Assembly: GCA_964388035.1 (NCBI GenBank)
Contig: CAYLZE010000078.1
Coordinates: 1-23,953, forward strand
Length of the DNA: 23,953 nt
Direction of reading: 5' to 3'
DNA from: an uncultured archaeon
GTDB lineage: Archaea > Asgardarchaeota > Lokiarchaeia > Sigyniarchaeales > SOKP01
This document shows positions 17,972 to 23,953 of the stretch, piece by piece. The position numbers and the translations under genes were made by a program. Numbering within the stretch: the first letter of the stretch is position 1; every line of letters starts with the position of its first letter. Below the pieces are notes generated by a model, which worked only from the letters and a program-made list of their open reading frames with translations, ran no database searches and was not told the origin of the DNA.

Positions 17972-19426
17972 TTATTTTGACTGTAAAAATTTCGCATATT
18001 GCCACATTCGAATTAAAACCCGAACTCCTTCTTCAGGAAAATAGACGGGAATCCCATTATCTTGGAGATGTTCTACGAATTTTTCCTGTCTTGTATTATA
18101 GCAAGTCATTATAATGGGTTTTTGATACTTATTTTTAAATTCTATCAACTCATCAAAAAGCGCGAGAAAAAAATCTTCCATCATTTCCCCGAAGTTTTTC
18201 ATGGTTAGAACACTTTCATTATTTTTCAAAAAATCGGGCACATCAACAAGATTCTCAAAATAATTCGTACCCATTAAGCCATAAAAAATAAGGGAATCAA
18301 TCTCATCACTCTTTAATAAAATATCCGGCAAAATGCTCAAGTAATTCTGCATATCATCCGTGTAAGTAAGATCAATAGGATTCATAGTTGAGGCAGTCTC
18401 AGGCATCCAAGGCTTTAGTTCTTCTTGTAATTTACTGGATAATATCGGGACTTTCATTCCACTGCTTTCAAATAGATCCGACATCAATGAACCAGGACCA
18501 CCCCCCATCGTGAGAATTGCCACCCGATTACCTTTCGGCAAAGGTAAAGTATCAAAAGCCTGAAGCAAATTCAACATTTCCACGCTATCTTTTACTTTAA
18601 TTGCACCCGTTTGCTCGCAAATGGAATCAATCACATATCCCGGAGAAGTTAGTGCTGCGGTGTGGGATTTTGCCGATCTCATGCCTGCATCAGTCTGTCC
18701 TATTGGAATTATAACAATTGGTTTTTTGGGGTTAATTCTTTCCACTAATTCAATAAATTCTTTCCCTCTTCTAACTGCTTCAAAATAGATTCCAATACAG
18801 TTGGTTTCGCTGTCCCCCTCAAATGCTTCTAAATAATCTACTAAATCAGTGTTTACCTCATTTCCTACTGAAACTATTTTTGAGATTCCTACACCTATTT
18901 TTTCACTAATTGCAATTAACGGTTGGACTGCATATGTTCCCGATTGAGAAATAATTGAAACCCCTCCTTTTCTGGGTGGCCAAGGAACGTGAGTAATGTT
19001 TATGGTTGGGGCAACCACTTCACCTGAACAATTTGGACCGATAATCTTAATACCATATTTTTCCGCGATCTTCCTCATTTGCTCTTGACCTTCCGGATTC
19101 CCTGATTCTGAAAAGCCTCCCGATAGAATGATAACATGCTTTATACCTTTTTCTCCACAATCTTCTAAAAATTGATTTATTAAGTTTGTTGGGGTTGCCA
19201 TTACTGCAAGATCTACTTTTTCAGGAACATCTTTAATACTTTTAAAGGTCTTGAATCCTAATATTTCATCTTCCTTTGGATGAATGGGAAAGATTTTTCC
19301 TTTATACCCAGCTGAAACCAAATTCAAGAGATGCAAAGTTCCAAACTTTTGGAGCATTGTGCTTGCTCCATAAAATGCAACGGACTTAGGATTAAAAAAG
19401 CCATCTAACTCTTTAAGTGAAACCAT
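17972..19426 (-). CDS. acdA: ADP-forming acyl-CoA synthetase, alpha subunit (CoA-binding)
   Basis: 'FNPKSVAFYGAS', 'SGGFSE', 'IGPNC', 'SQSG', 'VSVGN', phospho-His motif 'SHTAAL', 'GGG' and 'NPIDL'. Confidence 0.88.
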   Translation of the reverse strand: MVSLKELDGFFNPKSVAFYGASTMLQKFGTLHLLNLVSAGYKGKIFPIHPKEDEILGFKTFKSIKDVPEKVDLAVMATPTNLINQFLEDCGEKGIKHVIILSGGFSESGNPEGQEQMRKIAEKYGIKIIGPNCSGEVVAPTINITHVPWPPRKGGVSIISQSGTYAVQPLIAISEKIGVGISKIVSVGNEVNTDLVDYLEAFEGDSETNCIGIYFEAVRRGKEFIELVERINPKKPIVIIPIGQTDAGMRSAKSHTAALTSPGYVIDSICEQTGAIKVKDSVEMLNLLQAFDTLPLPKGNRVAILTMGGGPGSLMSDLFESSGMKVPILSSKLQEELKPWMPETASTMNPIDLTYTDDMQNYLSILPDILLKSDEIDSLIFYGLMGTNYFENLVDVPDFLKNNESVLTMKNFGEMMEDFFLALFDELIEFKNKYQKPIIMTCYNTRQEKFVEHLQDNGIPVYFPEEGVRVLIRMWQYAKFLQSK

Positions 19427-19427
19427 T

Positions 19428-20123
19428 TCATTCTTCCTCCTTAAGTATAATTCTTGCGTCTACTACCACAGCTCCTTCACCTTTTTTAAACACAATTACC
19501 GGATTTAAGTCAAAGTTTTCGATGTCTGGATTTTCCATCATTAATCTACAACATTTCATAATGATATTCACAATTGAATTCAAATCGGCTTTAGGAGCTC
19601 CACGATATCCATCCAAGAGTGGAAATGCTTTTATACTCTTTATCATTTTAAGTGCTTCTTTTTCTGTTATTGGACATACTCTGTAGGAAACATCTTTAAA
19701 GATTTCCACAAAGATTCCTCCCAAACCACACATTAAAACGGGACCAAAATTAACATCCCTCATTCCCCCTATAATGATTTCTACAACACCATTATTCATC
19801 ATTTTTTGTATATTAATTCCTACAATAACAGCATTTGGATTATATTTTTTGGCATTTAAGAGAACTTCATTATATGCCCTTTTTAGTTCTTCTTCATCAT
19901 GAATATTTAATTTAATTATTCCTGCTTCTGTCTTATGAACAATATCGGGACTCATTAGCTTTATCACGAGAGGATATCCAATCTCATTCCCAAATTCGAT
20001 AGCTTCTGATTCGTTTTTAGCCAGTTTGTATTTCCCTACGGGAATGTCATAATGGGAAATTAAATCTTTACTTTCATGTTCCATTAAAAAAAATCTTTGA
20101 TCATCAAGAATGGTATTAATCAT
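19428..20123 (-). CDS. acdB: ADP-forming acyl-CoA synthetase, beta subunit (ATP-grasp)
   Basis: 'GYPLVIKLMSPDIVHKTE', 'FGPVLMCGLGGIFVEIFKDVS', 'DLNPV' and 'VDARI'. There is a 1-bp gap to the alpha gene. Confidence 0.9.
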   Translation of the reverse strand: MINTILDDQRFFLMEHESKDLISHYDIPVGKYKLAKNESEAIEFGNEIGYPLVIKLMSPDIVHKTEAGIIKLNIHDEEELKRAYNEVLLNAKKYNPNAVIVGINIQKMMNNGVVEIIIGGMRDVNFGPVLMCGLGGIFVEIFKDVSYRVCPITEKEALKMIKSIKAFPLLDGYRGAPKADLNSIVNIIMKCCRLMMENPDIENFDLNPVIVFKKGEGAVVVDARIILKEEE

Positions 20124-20154
20124 TTTTCTCGGTTCAATAATTTTAATTACCTTT

Positions 20155-20586
20155 TCATTTAATTAATTTTAATGTATTAAAGGAATATTCCAAAACTTTC
20201 ATTAAATAAATGGTTATTATAGCAAATATTAAATCAATTATTCCAAATACCAGTAAACCTGAAGCAATTTCTGGAAGGTTAAAAATATTAATAAAAATAA
20301 TAATCTGAATTGTAAAGCGTAAAATGATGATTAAAATAATATTTATTAAATAATTTTCAATATTGAATGAGGAAAGAGCAAGTATTAGTCCTATGATAAT
20401 TGCTAATAATCCCGCGGTTTGGTTAAAAGTGGGATACTTTAATTCAGAAATCCCTGCGCCTAATAAGTTTAATAAGGGAACGATAGCAAAAATTAGTAAG
20501 AAACCAAAAATGATTTCATAGATACCACCGATCATGGTAATTATTTTTAAAAAAGATTCAGCTCTTGTTTTTTCCAGCTTTTTCAC
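20155..20586 (-). CDS. Small integral membrane protein (about 4 TM)
   Basis: Four long hydrophobic stretches. The start is uncertain because the GTG lies inside an SD-like GGGGGTGA. Confidence 0.7.
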   Translation of the reverse strand: MKKLEKTRAESFLKIITMIGGIYEIIFGFLLIFAIVPLLNLLGAGISELKYPTFNQTAGLLAIIIGLILALSSFNIENYLINIILIIILRFTIQIIIFINIFNLPEIASGLLVFGIIDLIFAIITIYLMKVLEYSFNTLKLIK

Positions 20587-20607
20587 CCCCTCGGGATCAT
20601 TGAAAAA

Positions 20608-21426
20608 TTATCTTCCCAGAAAATCAGGTTCTCTCTTCTCAAAAAAGGCCAATAGCCCTTCAGTAAAATCTTCAGAATCAAATGCTTTAAATAGTGCCTC
20701 CGATTCGTTATCCAATGCATTTATTATTTTATCTTCTAATACTTTGTTAATTGCTAACTTGGCAAGCCCTATTGAAAAAGTAGGGCCTTTTGCTAATCTT
20801 TCTGCGATTTCTATCACTTTAACCATCAATTGGTCTTCTGGAAAAACCCCATTAATTAATCCCATGCTTAATGCTTCTTGAGAACTAAATCGGTCTCCAA
20901 AAAATATTAGCTCTTTCGCTTTATGAATTCCAACTAATCTTGGCAAAAGATACGTGGAAGACATTTCCGGGATTAACGCCCGCTTCATAAAAAATGTACC
21001 TAACTCTGCAGTATCCGCAGCATAAATTAAATCACAATTTAATGCTACATTTAAGCCTCCTCCTAAAGCCAATCCATTAACAGCCGCTATGATTGGTTTG
21101 GGAGTGCTTTGCATTTTCAAAACGGTTCTTTTCTGTGAAACGTCTATTTCCATTTCTCCAGACTGCATTTTACCTCCATCCTCAACACTTTCTACATCGC
21201 CCGCCATCCCCTGGCTTGCTTGATTGAAATCTCCACCAGTGGAAAATGCTCTTCCTTTTCCCGTTATGATGGCCGCTCTTATCTCCTTATTGTTCTTAAT
21301 CTCATCTAATGCGTCATATAATTCATCAAACATCTTACCATTAATAGCGTTTAGTTTATGATCCCTGTTGAAGGTAATAACCGCAACGTGATTTTTAATT
21401 TCAAAAATAATATACTTGAATTCCAT
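20608..21426 (-). CDS. Crotonase-family protein, likely enoyl-CoA isomerase-type (ECI2/PaaG-like)
   Basis: 'AFSTGGDF', 'PKPIIAAVNGLALGGG' and 'LPRLVG..KAKEL'. It lacks the two hydratase glutamates and carries 'LIPEMSS'. Confidence 0.85.
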   Translation of the reverse strand: MEFKYIIFEIKNHVAVITFNRDHKLNAINGKMFDELYDALDEIKNNKEIRAAIITGKGRAFSTGGDFNQASQGMAGDVESVEDGGKMQSGEMEIDVSQKRTVLKMQSTPKPIIAAVNGLALGGGLNVALNCDLIYAADTAELGTFFMKRALIPEMSSTYLLPRLVGIHKAKELIFFGDRFSSQEALSMGLINGVFPEDQLMVKVIEIAERLAKGPTFSIGLAKLAINKVLEDKIINALDNESEALFKAFDSEDFTEGLLAFFEKREPDFLGR

Positions 21427-21520
21427 ATCTCTCTCCTCTCAATCCTTCCTAATTTTGATATTTTTAACCTAATTATCGAAAAAATAATAAAAAAAAATTG
21501 TAAATAGAAATATAAAAAAA

Positions 21521-21850
21521 TTATTTCATGAGCATCTGAAGTTTCAACATATCTTTCATGGGGCCTTTTGCTTTAATTTTTCCTCCCATGAATGCTTTTG
21601 TAGGGCTTAATTCGCCATCCATGATATCTATAATAATTTCAGCTGATGTTGTGATTATCATATCAGCGTCATCGACATCTCCGTCTTTTATTTCACATTT
21701 ATCCTCATCAAAAATTAAGTAATAATTTTCCGAATCTGTGAAATTAAATTGTAATGTCTTTTTAAAGCCCTTGAAACGCTCTGCATATGCTGGATCCTCC
21801 AGTTTGCTTACCATCTTCTTAATTCCTTCGACCAATTCTTCATTTGCCAT
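21521..21850 (-). CDS. SCP2 sterol/lipid-binding domain protein
   Basis: 'LQFNF', 'DADMIIT', 'GELSPTKAFMGGKIKAKG.MKDMLKL'. SD GAGG upstream. Confidence 0.88.
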   Translation of the reverse strand: MANEELVEGIKKMVSKLEDPAYAERFKGFKKTLQFNFTDSENYYLIFDEDKCEIKDGDVDDADMIITTSAEIIIDIMDGELSPTKAFMGGKIKAKGPMKDMLKLQMLMK

Positions 21851-21904
21851 TTTTATATCAACCTCTTATTATTTAATTTAAAAAAATTTAAAAAAATATG
21901 TTCA

Positions 21905-22705
21905 TTATTTACCTTTCCATTTGGGTTGCCGATTTCCTTCCATAAAGGCCGTGAAGCCTTCTATGACGTCTTCGCTATGAAATAGCTCTTGGAACGGTTC
22001 CCAAAGGGTTCCAATTGCTCGACTCCTCGTATAATGATATCCTTGCTGGAACCACTTTTTCGTCCATTTATGGCTTAAAGGAGCGACCATTTTCATTTCC
22101 CGAGCCATTTCCATGACTGCATCATGTAATTGTTCGTGGGGCGCTACTTTGTTAACTAATCCCATCCGATATGCTTCTTGAGCAGAAATGATCTTGCCGG
22201 TTAATAAAAGTTCTTTGGTATATCTCATTCCAATCAATTCGGGAAGGAGAAGAAACGCTACTCCACTCGCCAGTCCTCTTCGATTTTCCCAAAACCCCAT
22301 TTCTGCATCATCTGCAGCGATGGCGCAATCGCACCAAAGAGTTAACTCTAAGCCACCGGCGTATGCATATCCATTTATAGCAGCAATTAAAGGTTTGGGA
22401 TAGCGCATCATTAATTCACAGGGATCTAAAAGAATCCCAAGAAAATCTCCCAAATTTTTAAACCCCGTAGTGGACATTTCTTTTATATCCAATCCTGCCG
22501 AAAAAGCGGCCTTTCCTTTAACCTTTTCATCGTTCCCCGTCAGAATAATAACCCTAACGTTAATGTCATTCCACGTTCTTTCCAATACTTCGCCTATTTC
22601 TGCCCAGACAGTTCTACTCAAGGCATTACGCCTTTCGGGACGATTGATGGTAATCCATCCAACCTCATCTTCTATTTCAAATTTAATAGCTTCATATTTT
22701 ACCAT
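21905..22705 (-). CDS. Enoyl-CoA hydratase (crotonase family)
   Basis: 'NRPERRNAL', 'AFSAGLDI', 'AYAGGLEL' and 'FWE' (both catalytic Glu positions present). SD GGTGA. Confidence 0.9.
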   Translation of the reverse strand: MVKYEAIKFEIEDEVGWITINRPERRNALSRTVWAEIGEVLERTWNDINVRVIILTGNDEKVKGKAAFSAGLDIKEMSTTGFKNLGDFLGILLDPCELMMRYPKPLIAAINGYAYAGGLELTLWCDCAIAADDAEMGFWENRRGLASGVAFLLLPELIGMRYTKELLLTGKIISAQEAYRMGLVNKVAPHEQLHDAVMEMAREMKMVAPLSHKWTKKWFQQGYHYTRSRAIGTLWEPFQELFHSEDVIEGFTAFMEGNRQPKWKGK

Positions 22706-22720
22706 TTTAATATCACCTTC

Positions 22721-23953
22721 TTATAAATTTTGAGCTTCCTCTTTTGTTGGCCCTCTTACAGAGGGAGGAACCATTCTGGTATCAACTTCTTGTTTAAATT
22801 CCTGTCGGCCGATGAACAGTTTCAGAATATCATTGGAACCTCCCGCTATTTGCATTAAAGCCGCATTTTTGAGAGTTCCTCCAATTCCGGTTTCTTGAAG
22901 ATAACCATCTCCTCCGCAGATATACAACGCATCTAATGCACTTTCAGTTAAGCCCTCTGTTCCAAAAATCTTTGCAGTAGATGATTTGAGAGCAAATGTA
23001 AACATATCCGCTTCCCCTGTATCTAATAAATTAGCTAAATAGTAGATATACACGCGAGTGAGATGTAGTCTCATGCTTATATTTGCCATTCTCATCTGTA
23101 CTCCATTATATCGGGAGATGGGCATTTCAAATTGAACTCTTCTCCGTCCATATGCCCTTGCTGTTTCAAGTAGATTTTTTGCTGAGCCAACAACGCTTGC
23201 GATGCCTAATCGCTCAATGTTCAATGCAGAAGTCATGACTGTCCATCCATCACCGGGATCTAATATCATGTATTCTTCTGGAACTCTAACATCCTTATAC
23301 CTTATGACAGAATTAGCCATTTCTACGTCTCCTATCAACCAATTAATTTTTTCTATGCTTATACCAGGAATATCCGTTGGGACCAGAAAAGCGGTAAGAT
23401 GTCGATAAATCCGTTTCATATCCGGATCCGTGTTTGCGTACAGCATGTGATAATCTGAAAGTGCTCCAAGTGTAATAAAGCGTTTCCACCCATTCAATAC
23501 CCATTCATCCCCATCTTTATATGCTCCTAATTGAACACCCGCAGCATCATTTCCTACATCAGGTTCAGTAACCGTGATGCTTGCCCACTTATCTCCTTTT
23601 ACAATGGGTCTTAAGTATTTCTCTTTCTGGGCTTGCGTTCCAAAAAGATGGATGGGTCCTGCTCCAAAAACACTTGTTAATAAGGGATTAACGTTTACCA
23701 TTGATCTTCCTATCTCTTCATTTAAGATAGTATACCCGGCATAGCCTTTATCCCGACCACCGAATTCTTCTTCTGCCAAAACCATTAAGGGATGAAATCC
23801 TTTTTCAACACATAATTTTGATGCAGCCCATTGAATAGCCATGTTATCCTCGTTCCTTTCCATCATCTTCATGGCAATGGGGACAAGTTCCTCATCCATG
23901 AAATTTTCTACCTCGTCCGCAAATTGTTTTGTTTCTTTATCCCACCAAGGCAT
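22721..23953 (-). CDS. Acyl-CoA dehydrogenase (may extend beyond the window edge)
   Basis: 'FGT.AQKEKYL', 'TEPDVGND', 'LNGWKRFIT', 'RRVQF..PI', 'GGDGY' and 'IAGGSNDI'. The ATG sits exactly at the window end. Confidence 0.92.
   Translation of the reverse strand: MPWWDKETKQFADEVENFMDEELVPIAMKMMERNEDNMAIQWAASKLCVEKGFHPLMVLAEEEFGGRDKGYAGYTILNEEIGRSMVNVNPLLTSVFGAGPIHLFGTQAQKEKYLRPIVKGDKWASITVTEPDVGNDAAGVQLGAYKDGDEWVLNGWKRFITLGALSDYHMLYANTDPDMKRIYRHLTAFLVPTDIPGISIEKINWLIGDVEMANSVIRYKDVRVPEEYMILDPGDGWTVMTSALNIERLGIASVVGSAKNLLETARAYGRRRVQFEMPISRYNGVQMRMANISMRLHLTRVYIYYLANLLDTGEADMFTFALKSSTAKIFGTEGLTESALDALYICGGDGYLQETGIGGTLKNAALMQIAGGSNDILKLFIGRQEFKQEVDTRMVPPSVRGPTKEEAQNL

Noticed and set aside
21478-21520. 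A-rich tracts between lipid-cluster genes (T-rich on the coding strand)
   Set aside because: They may be internal terminators, but cannot be distinguished from the AT-rich intergenic background without transcript data.
1159-23408. Short ORFs antisense to long genes (1159, 1891, 5089, 8018, 8806, 9915, 10411, 13761, 14341, 17929, 19417, 20534, 22188, 22470, 23202)
   Set aside because: Each overlaps a well-supported gene on the other strand and shows no independent family signal.
1-23953. Mobile elements, tRNA or rRNA genes
   Set aside because: No transposase or integrase motifs, no terminal repeats and no GC-rich structured RNA segments were seen in the intergenic regions.

Overview
AT-rich archaeal DNA, most consistent with an Asgard (Lokiarchaeia-like) genome. 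This assignment is inferred from the archaeal aIF1/SUI1, the split ADP-forming acyl-CoA synthetase, GGTGA/GAGG Shine-Dalgarno motifs, PAS histidine kinases, SCP2 and beta-oxidation genes. The left part (1-9.1 kb) holds mostly stand-alone genes: a partial 3-hydroxyacyl-CoA dehydrogenase missed by the ORF track, a TIM-barrel protein, two paralogous PAS-PAS histidine kinases, aIF1, an orphan AbiEi-like regulator, a Trp/Tyr-repeat protein, a methyltransferase and Hsp20. The middle (9.3-16.6 kb, minus strand) is a six-gene YehL/YehM/YehP/SWIM-type MoxR-VWA operon. The right part (16.9-24 kb, minus strand) is an acyl-CoA/lipid catabolism cluster. The most striking observation is that the conserved N-terminal zinc knuckle of aIF1 (CPRC...CIC) starts upstream of any ATG/GTG/TTG and just after an in-frame stop. 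The gene must therefore start at a near-cognate codon, most likely ATT at 3060. This suggests start-codon-fidelity autoregulation like bacterial infC (AUU) and eukaryotic eIF1.
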